Below are positions 55,801 through 63,992 of a stretch of DNA of 64,000 nucleotides, piece by piece. Under the pieces are notes generated by a model, which was not told the DNA's origin, searched no databases, and worked only from the letters and a program-made list of their open reading frames with translations. Location of the stretch: the NCBI GenBank assembly GCA_964599625.1, contig CAZRGC010000002.1, forward strand, positions 71,883 through 135,882, read 5' to 3'. The stretch's first letter is position 1, and each line of letters opens with the position of its first letter. Position numbers and translations under genes: made by a program. Source of the stretch: an uncultured Gammaproteobacteria bacterium. GTDB lineage: Bacteria; Patescibacteriota; Microgenomatia; UBA8517.

Positions 55801-58254
55801 GATTTTGAAATAATCGACAACGCAGCTTCGGCTTTTACAATTACCCAAGGTTCAAATGAATATTTTGGAATAACTACAAGTAACGGTGCTCCAGTTGTAA
55901 ATCTAAACACACCTGAAGCAACGGGTACTATCAACATTGGTTCAACGAACTTCGCAAGAACCATAAACTTGGGGACTGGCACAGGTGCAGACGCAATCAA
56001 TATCGGCACAGGAGCAACAACCGCAGACACTCTGACATTCGGAAACACAGGTGTTGCAACAACATTCACATTTAACTCTGGTGCAACAACACAAACACCA
56101 GTCACATTTAATCTGGATGCTTTGACACAGGGAACGGGAATTGACCTTTCTCTGGATGGACTTACAACTGGAACCGGTTTGAAAATTGACGACAATACGG
56201 GAGCAGGGCTCACATCAGGGACTTTGGTATATGTAAATTCAGTGTCGACAGCCTTGACTTCTCCCACAAACGGTGGATCTTTGGCCTATTTTAATTGGAA
56301 TCCTGCAAGCACAACAAGCGCAACAGGTGACTTGTTCAGGATCAATATTGGTTCGAATGGAAGTACTTCCGGTAATTTGTTCAATATTACAGACAACGGA
56401 TCAACACTTTTTTCGGTGTCAGAAAACTTAATTACATCTGCGCTTCCGCACAGTTTTTCGGCCGTTGGCGACGTGGCGATATCTTACGACTTGGTATTCA
56501 CCAATCAAACATCATCATTGATTGACAGCTATGGTCCGTTAACGATTAGGGCTGGTGAAAGTTTTGAAAACAACAATCTTACTCTTACAACATTTGGAAC
56601 AGGTGCGATAATTGCAGACACAAAGTTTTCGTTCGATACACAGTTAACTTTGGGTGACAACACAACACCTTCTGTTACATCCGGAAACTATTATATTGAG
56701 GCCAATTCTACAAACAGACTCGTTACAAACTTTACCAATGGTACTGCGGGTCAAGTTATATTTATTGAAGTAGGCACTGCAAATTTCGACCTTGACTGTA
56801 CAAGCTCAAGTATAAACTGTGGCACAACCGACATGACCGGGCTTGCAGCAGGCGACCAAATATTTTTGATTTACGACGGCTCAACTTGGAATTTATTGGG
56901 CTGGATGGATGCATCGGCCAACAACAACGACAACACAGACGGGGTTGATATAGCAGAGTTCTTCCCAAGTTTGCAGAATCTTACTGCTGGTGAAGTTGTA
57001 AAGATTGATATAAATAATCCAGAACACGTTGTCAGGTCTGCTTCAGCTTACGAAAATATGGTGGTGGGAATCGTATCTACTCAGCCAGGTATAACTTTGG
57101 GAAGTAATAATGGCAATGCTTATGCAATAGCACTTGCCGGACGTGTTCCTGTTCAAATATCAAACCTTTCAGAAAATATTTCCCCCGGTGACTATGTAAC
57201 AACATCAACTCTTTCCGGAAAAGCTATGAAAGCAACGGGTACAGGGAGGGTGATTGGACAGGCGCTTGAAAACTGGAGCCCGTCCTCTGGGAAGTCGGAG
57301 ATAGTTGTATTTATTAATAATAGTTGGTTTGAAAACATGCCGACGATTGACCAAGGTGGCAACTTAAGTGTGGACTTGAGTGCCGAAAACATAATTGCTA
57401 CGAACATCAAGACATCAAGAATTCAGCCGTCTGAGGGGAAAACTGATATCTCGATACAAATTGGCAGCAGTTCGACTCCTTCCGGAAGACTTAAAATTGA
57501 AAATGTTTTGGGTGATACAGTTTTTGAAGTCGACGATGGGGGAGACGCAACAATATCTGGAGATCTGCATACCGTTGGGGACTTGTATGCAACTAACGTT
57601 CACTCTCAGAATATTGAAGATATCGAGGCGTTATTGGCCCAAGTTCAATCGGATCAGGCACTTTTGTTGGCGTCAAATTCCGGAATATTCAGCGCAACGA
57701 CTTCAGCGAGCCTTAATGACCTGATGACATCTGATTTATATGTGACAAACCAGGCTGCGGTTTATTCACTCTCTGTCAGTTCCAGTTTGGCAGTGGGTGG
57801 TGATTTGGTAATTCAAAGTCTTGATTCTTCGGTAAACACTTTGGTGTCTCCGCTTAAGATTCAATCACTGGCACTGGCACCGGTAGAGATAATGGGAGGA
57901 CTTATTAAGATTGATACATTGGGTAATGCAGAAATTGAAGGAAACCTTGCTGTTAAGGGTGCCCTTAGCACCTCAGGCATAATAATCACCGGAGACACTG
58001 CAGGCAAAGCAAAAGTTCCCGAAGGTGAAATTGAAGTTGTACTTCAAAACCCGAATATAAAAGAGGGGACATTGGTATTTGTGACTCCAACATCACCAAC
58101 CAGTAACGGTCTATATATCAAAAGCCAGGAGGTGGGCAGTGTTACTGTGGGCTTTGTTCTTGCAGAGGACTTTGATGTAACGTTTAATTGGTGGATTGTG
58201 GGTACGAGTGGTCAGGCTGAGGCATCGGGTTCAGGCGTCCTGGTTAATCCTTAA
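46831..58254 (+). CDS. Giant (~3800 aa) membrane-anchored tail-fibre-like protein with N-terminal MerR/IS607-type HTH and peptidase-G2-like chaperone domain
   Basis: ATG 46831 (alternative 46804); IAQAAQRLGVSTKTLRRWEKSG..RTPGGQRVY; TM at about 47062-47125; repeats; DIAEFF...GRVPV...PGDYVTTS...GKAMKA; C-term FNWWIV. Confidence 0.9.
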   Translation: MRYLKIAQAAQRLGVSTKTLRRWEKSGILTPRRTPGGQRVYLASSIETFVRPEKQTGKTKTRFVAKTYEVKNSFNYKSFAYGGIASAFAVLLFFSLFKVDLSLRLPQESSSNVLGANTQRNPVIAFVDDLVKPVFGFFANSAKRIELALFSFNVNQDISQGQTIIQTASQVGGGSEIADRSVTGVKIAIQTVLNENIARGQISVDRLVSNLVFPSTYLLDLSEIKHTTTSNTGLILPNTSSSSPSKPTSGEGYLAYDTSGNQLILYNGSNWQTISGGGGGGSGDITTVTAGDGLTGGGGSGDLTLNIVGGSGFLVSGDQIDLDVTTTGTTSTTSSNSGLEVTTAGLSLMRGCSNTQILKWNASTQVWYCAADNSGSGGSLDIEEGGSTVVTSPTAINFTASEFSVTESPSGVGLIAIDYVNSKISRYDATEVLTNKTISAGSNTITGLTNSNLSGSAGITNANLANSSVTINSSGILTGGGSVSLGGNITLAATEADTLAAVVSRGATTTTLVNLNGGIISQGAVAGKALVRIDETGDQNLLVASASGVTKFTLDRSGNVAASGTVTGSNLSGTNTGDQTITLTGDVTGSGTGSFATTIATNSVALTTDTTGNYVATGASGNGVSLTGGGSEGATLTANLGALTGDWDQTGAFDIALNNSSSELKILESGSTPTLFGIFDVGDLSSSDSTFTFSGSSGTVLTSANVASALSGWDQNSSDDLTTGNYGATLDSVYVNVAESPTSADIAGSFSGGLTLNSNTVDDSELVDALTYTGAFSVGNLTISDTNVPLTGASLTFDFNNASDRTLTIANAGAGTANLSVDGTIAASNFSGSSSGTNTGDQTITLTGDVTGSGTGSFATTIAANSVALTTDTTGNYVQSITNGTGITGGDGGAEGSTLTLAVDQAANFTLTGNNTFTPSSTNDLTINLDADSTLSEVFSSSTNSTSAVTQSITNSASSGTITVNGNDITLVGTDNAGGANTINAFKFENVTAHTNNTFNGLNFGTGYTNFLTSGTIAIVADGTITGATISGGSNTLSNIGNSSLTNSSITINSSGILTGGGSVSLGGNITLTATEADTLASVTGRGATTSTALTLSNASNSITVGTLTATGGTINGTVIGGSTPAAGTFTTLTANGDVTLGDAITDNITFTGRVAQDSDLVPIGTTGTNDLGSGSLPWDNIYANAITQNGNLVCDASGANCPAGAGYWGQTLGALYANNNTTDLLIGGNATTSAKFAFTNVLTGTPTASISGTTANVATYLTGEGNLATTNMQPLTIGGSTTGSVQLNPKGSTGLFVSGSGNVGIGTTSNTGGYVLDVIGHARSSGYFFGDNGSFVSFTAGGAYLGDSSYAAGGGIGYGSSRTQIWSGSGFPLTFGTAGTEHMRLSAAGGLSLGASYLTTDAGAGNAIITGSLGIGTSGPDAKLDSLSTAGEQLRLTYADGSTYSSFTTNSSGDLTIAPSGGDTNITGNLSSTGIVTGSNLSGTNTGDQTITLTGDVTGSGTGSFATTISANSVELSTDTTGNYVATGASGNGVALTGGGSEGATLTANLGALTGDWDQTGAFDIVLNNSSSELKILESGSTPTLFGIFDVGDLSSSDSTFTFSGSSGTVLTSANYAGTLDSVYVNVAESPAAGDVAGSFSGGLTLNSNTVDDSELVDALTYTGAFSVGNLTISDTSVPLTGSSFTFDFNNASDRTLTIANAGAGTANLSVDGTISASNFSGSSSGTNTGDQTITLTGDVTGTGTGSFATTIAANSVALTTDTTGNYVQSITNGTGITGGDGGGEGSTLTLAVDQAANFTLTGNNAFTPSSTNDLTINLDADSTLAEVFTSGTNSTSANTVSLTNSASSGTVGIKGLDFTFVGTDNAGGANTITGINFGDATAHTNNTYNGITFGTGYNNFLTSGTINIAANGTITGATISGGSNTLSDIDNSSLTNSSITINSSGILTGGGSVSLGGNITLTATEADTLAAVVSRGAATTTLVNLNGGIISQGAVTGKALVRLDETGDQNIFVASAAGAFRFAVANDGALELRNSETISNSSNGAIAFTGVGGSNNGALEIDLETNSVPTLTSSTDTSIGIDENLQFIGAQSITTSTGALTLQPASGSNLNVTLSGTGDFAVNTNQLYVDTSTGLVGIGTSSLISGAELTVKAASGNSDLVLTESGGTYSWDFFVETGGRAGWYDITNNRNPFYMEAGAANNSFYIDSSGAVGIGKADPEHKLQVESSTVGKALVVINDTDSDQNLFVASSAGSFRFSIANDGTLSLRNSETVSNSTNGSITLSDSGGQSVTFDLDATNPTLTSSTGTFEVGSTLTAGTVDINGGAIDGTTIGGSSAASGTFTTLTSTGTVDLSSDSGADTITIGQSGTTDDTVTIAGDISLTDDQWSVSAAGVGSFITGSSIGSLTFTTNNIADSGALTIRSATSNALTLDSGTTGTVNLGTGNNAKTIAIGTGNAGNTINVGTDNTVSDTITIGSALDNVAITGDDWSITSAGVLTVASCTGCGGGGGTLDSVYETGNALTTSDNRDVALVFADTTTDSNFNIDLEADNTVTITRNATASTETPSQLVLLENADADVTVTAGLSILESGGNIGTGLNIGSGMTIGINANANTIENIGNSGTDFDSSGGLTLASTLTLTNNTITCTGCVDATDLAANSVDDSELADTLSYTGTLTIASNALAVNSDSITADGATLTINAAGNVDVQDALNADSITSDAGVSIAAGQSYTGAGAVSVTSATGANALTLDSGSTGNVNLGTGNNAKTIAIGTGNAGNTINLGTNDTVSDTIAIGSALDNVSITGDQWSITDAGVLTVASCSGCGGGGSTLQAAYDASSGNTILTTTGRNIAFTLGEVASPTSFTLTNQDTAGTTAFGLTNSIASGTLTNGILIDQTGAGTLTSAIKIVETAGTITDGLVISGTLSNILNSDSIDITGAGAITGATGVGTTTLTSTGTTNIGSNSGAVTIDSTGSLTINDTVVSLANQSTDFEIIDNAASAFTITQGSNEYFGITTSNGAPVVNLNTPEATGTINIGSTNFARTINLGTGTGADAINIGTGATTADTLTFGNTGVATTFTFNSGATTQTPVTFNLDALTQGTGIDLSLDGLTTGTGLKIDDNTGAGLTSGTLVYVNSVSTALTSPTNGGSLAYFNWNPASTTSATGDLFRINIGSNGSTSGNLFNITDNGSTLFSVSENLITSALPHSFSAVGDVAISYDLVFTNQTSSLIDSYGPLTIRAGESFENNNLTLTTFGTGAIIADTKFSFDTQLTLGDNTTPSVTSGNYYIEANSTNRLVTNFTNGTAGQVIFIEVGTANFDLDCTSSSINCGTTDMTGLAAGDQIFLIYDGSTWNLLGWMDASANNNDNTDGVDIAEFFPSLQNLTAGEVVKIDINNPEHVVRSASAYENMVVGIVSTQPGITLGSNNGNAYAIALAGRVPVQISNLSENISPGDYVTTSTLSGKAMKATGTGRVIGQALENWSPSSGKSEIVVFINNSWFENMPTIDQGGNLSVDLSAENIIATNIKTSRIQPSEGKTDISIQIGSSSTPSGRLKIENVLGDTVFEVDDGGDATISGDLHTVGDLYATNVHSQNIEDIEALLAQVQSDQALLLASNSGIFSATTSASLNDLMTSDLYVTNQAAVYSLSVSSSLAVGGDLVIQSLDSSVNTLVSPLKIQSLALAPVEIMGGLIKIDTLGNAEIEGNLAVKGALSTSGIIITGDTAGKAKVPEGEIEVVLQNPNIKEGTLVFVTPTSPTSNGLYIKSQEVGSVTVGFVLAEDFDVTFNWWIVGTSGQAEASGSGVLVNP
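48532..52750 (+). repeat. ~1.5-kb internal duplication in the 3816-aa gene
   Basis: GSNLSGTNTGDQTITL...ATEADTLA at about 48532-50073 and 51265-52746. Confidence 0.85.
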
Positions 58255-58255
58255 T

Positions 58256-61200
58256 ATGAATAAATTTAAATCTGTTTTTGCGAACATCCAGTTTTTAAAG
58301 AATAAAAAGGCCCGAAGATTTTTGCTTGTAATTTTAACGATTACCTTGATGTTCTCAACAGTTGTTGCCACATTTTTCAGGCCGGGAAGGGTGTCTGCTG
58401 ATACTGCATTATTGTTCAACGAGGGCTACGGTACATCCGTTAATGACTCAAACGGAAATGTCAGTGCAGGAACCATAACTGGATCGGTATGGAGAACTGA
58501 CGATCTTTGTAGAAGAGATAAGTGTTTATATTTTGACGGTTCTGGTGACAAAGTCACATTTTCAGATAATGCCGATTTGGACTTTTCTGCTACAAACACC
58601 TTTACTATCTCTGGATGGTTCCGTCACCCTGTAATATCAACCAATCCTGATTATCTTGTGACCAAACATCAATCGGGAGTGGCAGGTGGATATAAGATTT
58701 ATATGGATAGCGATGGTGACATTTCTTTTGGAATTGATGACGATGGCACTTGGGGACCGGAGGACGTGATTGGTGATGACCAAGGAAAAAATTATGATGA
58801 TAACAGGTGGCACCACTTTGCAGCGGTTAAAAATGGAACAACAGGAATATATTTATATGTAGATGGAGTTTTGATTGATGAGGACACATCCCTAGCTGCG
58901 AATGGCTCGCTTGTAAACGCTGCAAGTTTTTATGTTGGAATCGATGCAGACGGGTCAAGTAACTCGTGGGATGGTTTTATTGATGAAGTAAAGGTCGTTC
59001 GTCAGGCAAGAAGTGCGGCCCAAGTCCTGACTGATTATTTGGGATCGGGTGTGCCGGCAACCGGCAATGGTCCGGTTGCGCACTGGAAGTTTGATGAAAA
59101 TACTGGAACTGCTACTTATGACTCAACATCTAACGGAAACAATAGTACCACATGGACCGGGAACACCACCTGGGCTGCGGGCAAGTACGGGTCTGCCCTT
59201 TCATTTGACGGTACGGACGATGTTGTTCGTTTTACCGAGACCACTTCTACTGATTTAGGAGGAAGTTCCTCGTATACGCTTGCGGCATGGTTCAAGACCA
59301 CTGCCAATTTTTCCAACAATGCGGTAATTCTTTCAAAATACAATGCTACCGGTACGTTGCCGTTTGGATTGTATCTTAATCCATCGGAACAGGGAGTGTT
59401 CCAGTTTGGTGATGCAGGGAGCAATATAGTTACAATTACGGGTGCAACCGCGTTAAATGACGGTGGTTGGCATCACATTGTTGGTGTGAGGGATGTAGGT
59501 GCTGATACTGCATATTTATATATCGATGGAAAACTTATTGGGTCCTCAAATGATATTACGACAAGTTCGATGGTAAACAACAACGATATATCGATCGGTA
59601 ATGCGGGAACTAGTTATTTGGCTTATGACTTTAACGGCCAGATTGATGATGTCAGAATATACGATTATGCCCGTTCCGCCACTCAGGTGTTGGAAGACAT
59701 CAATGCCAACCTTCCGCCTGGGGTTTCTGCTTCGTTTGGATCGGATCAGTCATATCTTTCAAATGGACTTGTGGGATATTGGAAAATGGACGAAAACACA
59801 GGAACGACAACCAGTGATTCTAGTGGAAACAACAATACAAGTTCAACATTTTCCGGTGATGTGTCATGGGTAACTGGAGTGTATGGTTCAGGACTTAGTT
59901 TTGATGGAACTGGTGATAGAGTTTCTGTAGCAGATGCTGCGCCGATTGATTTTGGTTCAAATGATTCGTATACAGTTTCTGCTTGGGTTTACAAGGACAA
60001 CGATGCTGACTCAGGTGAGATCATTAGCAAGCGTATTGGGGGTTCGGGTTATCCGATGAGGTTGATAGTTGGCAGTGATGAACGCATAACTTTCAACTTT
60101 CGTGGCTCAGATATCGGTACAAGTGTGCAAAGTCCATCAGGCATATCACTTAATTCATGGCATCACATTGTCGGTGTGCGCGATTTGGCAACAGATACTG
60201 CCTACCTTTACATTGACGGTGTTTTGGTTGCAAGCGCAAATGATACAACAACCGGAAGTTTGGCTAATAACGCCGCTTTAACTTTCGGGGACTGTGATAC
60301 TGGATCGGGGTGTTCGGGCAACCCTGTTGATATTCAAATTGATGAGGTTCGTCTTTATAACCGATCCCTGGGTCCGTTAGAAGTGTTACAACTTTCAAAA
60401 TGGGCAGCACCACCTGTTGGTTGGTGGAAATTGGATGAATCAAGTAATGCAACAGCTAACGACAGTTCTGGAAACAACAATAACCTAACAAATAACGGTA
60501 CAGTACTCCGTAGTCCGGGCAAGTTTGGGTCTGCGGGTGAATTTGACAATTCAGAGTCTGACAATTTGTCCATTACAGACGGATCGCAAGTCGGACTCGA
60601 CTTTACTTCCAGTTTCACAATAGGATTTTGGCTCAATCGTTTGTCCAACGGTGCTTGTGATGATGTCATGGGTAAAAGTGATGCGTACGCTTTTTACTTT
60701 GATTGTAGTGATACGACTATTGTGGCTTATTATTACAATGGGAGTACAACACCTTCAACAGAGAGTGCGACCGGTACAGTCAACGACGGCCAGTGGGTAC
60801 ATGTGGAATTTGTTCACAACGACACTCAAGACACAGATACTATGTATATAAATGGTGTCTTGTCTGCGCAAAATACCGGTAGAACTACCAATGCTATAAA
60901 TTCCTCGGAAGATTTCATGCTTGGCGGATCAGCGTTTTTCCCTTCCCAGCTGCATGGATTCATGGACGATGTGCGAGTCTATAACTATGCACGTACTCTC
61001 CCGCAAGTGGTTGAAGACATGAACGGCGGACATCCTGCGCCAGGGAGCCCGATAGGTTCTGCTCTGGCACACTATAAATTTGATGAAGGTGCTCATAATA
61101 CATGCAGTGGAGGTGTGAATGATGCTTGTAATTCCGGAAACGGTGGTTCTACACTTGACGGGGCGGTAAGCGGCATGGCGTTACCGGCAACATCAACTTC

Positions 61201-63193
61201 TGGTTGGAGCAATAATGGCGTGTTTGGTGGGGCAATGAATTTTGATGGCACAGACGATGCCGTGACACTTCCTGTAAATAGCAGCTTTAATTTATTAACA
61301 GGTGGCACTATATCAGCCTGGTTATATCCCAGATCCAGTGGCGAGGGTTCATTTGGAAGAATAATCGACAAATCAAATGATACAAATGGTACTGGCGGGT
61401 ACACAATCGAGATGGATGGCTCAAGTACAAGGATAATGGTAGAAATTAATGATGTTCAGTGTGAAACAACTGCCGGATCAATAACACAATCTGCTTGGAA
61501 TCACTTTGTATGGGCATTTAATGGTGTTAACTGGAATTTGTATGTAAATGGCAAGCTGAATACGACGTGTGCATACACAACTCTACCGTCCAATACCAGT
61601 TTAGGTGTAACAATTGGGAACCGCCAAGGGGCAACTGATAGAACTTTTAACGGTCTTATAGACGAAGTCAAAATATATACTTCGATACTTTCTGCCGACC
61701 AGGTAATGGTTGAGTATAACCGTGGAGAAGCAATTGTCTTGGGTGCATTGTCTACAGACTCATCTGGAAATCCAAGTAATTCCACAGAGAGGTCATATTG
61801 TCCTCCCGGAGATGCTACGGCAACTTGTTCACCAGTGGGAGAATGGAAACTTGACGAAAATACCGGAACGTCTGCTTATGATATCAGTACGGTAAGCAAC
61901 ACAGGAACACTTAACGGAACTTCGTTGTGGGAGCCTGGGAAAGTTGGACAGGCGGTAAAGTTTGACGGAAGCTCTGGTTATATTTCGGTTCCTTACAGTG
62001 CCAGCCAGGATCCTACAGCAAATCTAACAGTGAGTTTTTGGTTCAAGCCTACGGTAACAATTGACTCATCTATTGCATCAAACAAAGGATTGATCTCCAA
62101 AGCCAATACAAACACAGATGCAAATAATGACTGGGTGTTTTTTTGGAATTCTGCCGACGCGGGGAGGATGCGTTTTGGGACATATGGTGACAATATTCAA
62201 ACAACCAACGCCACTTGGACCGCGGGTACTTGGTACCACATAGAAGCTGTAGTAACCAGCACAAATACAGCCAATATTTACGTAAATGGCAAGCTTGATA
62301 CCTACAACGCGGATTCAAATATAAGCACGGATCCCATTAACGGAAATCAAAATACTGTGTTAAACATTGGATTGGCAAAAGTCGCCTCTGGGGACTTGTA
62401 TTGCAGTTGCACAATTGACCACTTCAGATTATATGACTATGCAAGAAGTTTCTCCCAAGTTGCCTGGGATTATGCGTTGGGAATGCCACATGCATGGTGG
62501 CGATTTGATGAGGGTTCCGGAAGTAGCGCCAACGACGCAACGGGTAATGGCAACACAGGCACAGTTACAATTGGTGGTGGCGGCAGTCAGACCACAACCA
62601 CTCAGGCCTGGTCGAATGGAAGTGTGGGTAAATACAACGGTAGTATAAATTTGGATGGAAATGACGACTATGTAACAATAACCGAATCTGACACTGACGG
62701 GGAAATGGATTTTAATTCAGGCGATCAAATAACTGTCACTGCATGGATAAATCCTTCAAGTCTTCCCGCAGCAGATGAATACGACACTATTGTTGGTAAG
62801 AACAATAGTGGAAACGGAGATGGATACTATGCACAATACCAAGGCAATGGTGCAATGGAGTTTTGCACAATCAATACAGGGGCGTTTGACTGTATATCTT
62901 CTACCACAACGCCAGTTGTTGCGGGTTCTTGGCAGTTTTTGGTATTCACTGTTACTTTGGGCACCGATACAAGTATGAAGATGTATTACAATGGACGCCT
63001 CCAGCCAAACGGGGGCAATGGCAACAATGTAGCACCGCCATTGTCCAACGATCCGATTGTGATTGGTGCCAATAATGGCGGTACGGAGGCTGTAACTGGC
63101 AAAATAGATGACGTCAGAATATACAGGTATACCCTAAGCCAACAACAAATCCAAACAGTTATGAATCAAGGAGCTGTTAGATTTAATCAGTAG
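58256..63193 (+). CDS. Secreted/membrane-anchored protein with seven LamG-like jellyroll domains
   Basis: N-terminal hydrophobic segment; 7 repeats of (W/Y)K(F/L/M)DE..G...W.H...Y.(D/N)G...G.IDEV.IY; ATG 1 nt after the previous stop. Confidence 0.92.
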   Translation: MNKFKSVFANIQFLKNKKARRFLLVILTITLMFSTVVATFFRPGRVSADTALLFNEGYGTSVNDSNGNVSAGTITGSVWRTDDLCRRDKCLYFDGSGDKVTFSDNADLDFSATNTFTISGWFRHPVISTNPDYLVTKHQSGVAGGYKIYMDSDGDISFGIDDDGTWGPEDVIGDDQGKNYDDNRWHHFAAVKNGTTGIYLYVDGVLIDEDTSLAANGSLVNAASFYVGIDADGSSNSWDGFIDEVKVVRQARSAAQVLTDYLGSGVPATGNGPVAHWKFDENTGTATYDSTSNGNNSTTWTGNTTWAAGKYGSALSFDGTDDVVRFTETTSTDLGGSSSYTLAAWFKTTANFSNNAVILSKYNATGTLPFGLYLNPSEQGVFQFGDAGSNIVTITGATALNDGGWHHIVGVRDVGADTAYLYIDGKLIGSSNDITTSSMVNNNDISIGNAGTSYLAYDFNGQIDDVRIYDYARSATQVLEDINANLPPGVSASFGSDQSYLSNGLVGYWKMDENTGTTTSDSSGNNNTSSTFSGDVSWVTGVYGSGLSFDGTGDRVSVADAAPIDFGSNDSYTVSAWVYKDNDADSGEIISKRIGGSGYPMRLIVGSDERITFNFRGSDIGTSVQSPSGISLNSWHHIVGVRDLATDTAYLYIDGVLVASANDTTTGSLANNAALTFGDCDTGSGCSGNPVDIQIDEVRLYNRSLGPLEVLQLSKWAAPPVGWWKLDESSNATANDSSGNNNNLTNNGTVLRSPGKFGSAGEFDNSESDNLSITDGSQVGLDFTSSFTIGFWLNRLSNGACDDVMGKSDAYAFYFDCSDTTIVAYYYNGSTTPSTESATGTVNDGQWVHVEFVHNDTQDTDTMYINGVLSAQNTGRTTNAINSSEDFMLGGSAFFPSQLHGFMDDVRVYNYARTLPQVVEDMNGGHPAPGSPIGSALAHYKFDEGAHNTCSGGVNDACNSGNGGSTLDGAVSGMALPATSTSGWSNNGVFGGAMNFDGTDDAVTLPVNSSFNLLTGGTISAWLYPRSSGEGSFGRIIDKSNDTNGTGGYTIEMDGSSTRIMVEINDVQCETTAGSITQSAWNHFVWAFNGVNWNLYVNGKLNTTCAYTTLPSNTSLGVTIGNRQGATDRTFNGLIDEVKIYTSILSADQVMVEYNRGEAIVLGALSTDSSGNPSNSTERSYCPPGDATATCSPVGEWKLDENTGTSAYDISTVSNTGTLNGTSLWEPGKVGQAVKFDGSSGYISVPYSASQDPTANLTVSFWFKPTVTIDSSIASNKGLISKANTNTDANNDWVFFWNSADAGRMRFGTYGDNIQTTNATWTAGTWYHIEAVVTSTNTANIYVNGKLDTYNADSNISTDPINGNQNTVLNIGLAKVASGDLYCSCTIDHFRLYDYARSFSQVAWDYALGMPHAWWRFDEGSGSSANDATGNGNTGTVTIGGGGSQTTTTQAWSNGSVGKYNGSINLDGNDDYVTITESDTDGEMDFNSGDQITVTAWINPSSLPAADEYDTIVGKNNSGNGDGYYAQYQGNGAMEFCTINTGAFDCISSTTTPVVAGSWQFLVFTVTLGTDTSMKMYYNGRLQPNGGNGNNVAPPLSNDPIVIGANNGGTEAVTGKIDDVRIYRYTLSQQQIQTVMNQGAVRFNQ

Positions 63194-63194
63194 G

Positions 63195-63992
63195 CTATCT
63201 ACGGGGAGTGAATGATTTTATTGGAAGCTCACCAAGTTTTAGTTTAGAAGGAGACCATTGTAAAAAGTATCCCGAAGGAAAGTCGGGATACAAATCTTCT
63301 GTCGCGATAGATTTTCCTATTAACCAAATTCCTCCTGTGGACTTCTCACCTGTGTTAAAACCTTGGGCTGATAAATCATCTAAGTCTGTGTCTTCAACCA
63401 TACAAATGGTGGCAAAACTCCTTGGACCCTTGTAGGTGAGTGTTTTTTTGAGTAGTTCTGTGTTCTCAGGTCTACCTTTTCGGAAAAAGTTGCCTAAATC
63501 GTCTACAACAAGAATTCTAGGATTATCCTGTTTAAACGAAAACCTTTTTTGTTTTGTTTCTAGATCAGCCACAATTCTGCTGAGCACAACTTCTGCAATC
63601 TTTCCTTCGGGGGCATATGCAACTCCATTTTTTTCGATATGTCTTTTTATACCCCAGGTTTTGTCTAACTCATATTGGCTGTCGTGCCTGAGAACCATAT
63701 CCACTTTTAGATACCCTTCTGCGGTCCTTTCACCTTGGAATTGAAGAATTGACTTAACTAAATCTTCCTTTCCGGAGTCCGGCCCTCCCACAACAAAGAT
63801 TGTATTGTTAGTATTTTTGGTTATATCAACCTCCACAGGGTAATATCGATTTTCTGATGGAACAAATCCAAGTACCATTTTGGTAATCGGTCGATCCAGG
63901 TCGGGGTGGTTGTGGCTGGGAAGCCAATGGTCAATATCCGTGGAATCACGGGATACTTTTGCTATATTCAATACTTCCAGTTCTCTGGACAT
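63195..63992 (-). CDS. FtsK/SpoIIIE(EccC)-like P-loop domain protein, degenerate
   Basis: LG...PVEVDI...IFVVGGPDSGKE (Walker A-like), RILVVDD (Walker B-like). Confidence 0.6.
   Translation of the reverse strand: MSRELEVLNIAKVSRDSTDIDHWLPSHNHPDLDRPITKMVLGFVPSENRYYPVEVDITKNTNNTIFVVGGPDSGKEDLVKSILQFQGERTAEGYLKVDMVLRHDSQYELDKTWGIKRHIEKNGVAYAPEGKIAEVVLSRIVADLETKQKRFSFKQDNPRILVVDDLGNFFRKGRPENTELLKKTLTYKGPRSFATICMVEDTDLDDLSAQGFNTGEKSTGGIWLIGKSIATEDLYPDFPSGYFLQWSPSKLKLGELPIKSFTPRR

Noticed and set aside
47070-62318. Short minus-strand ORFs opposite the 3816-aa and LamG genes
   Set aside because: Antisense shadows with no independent evidence
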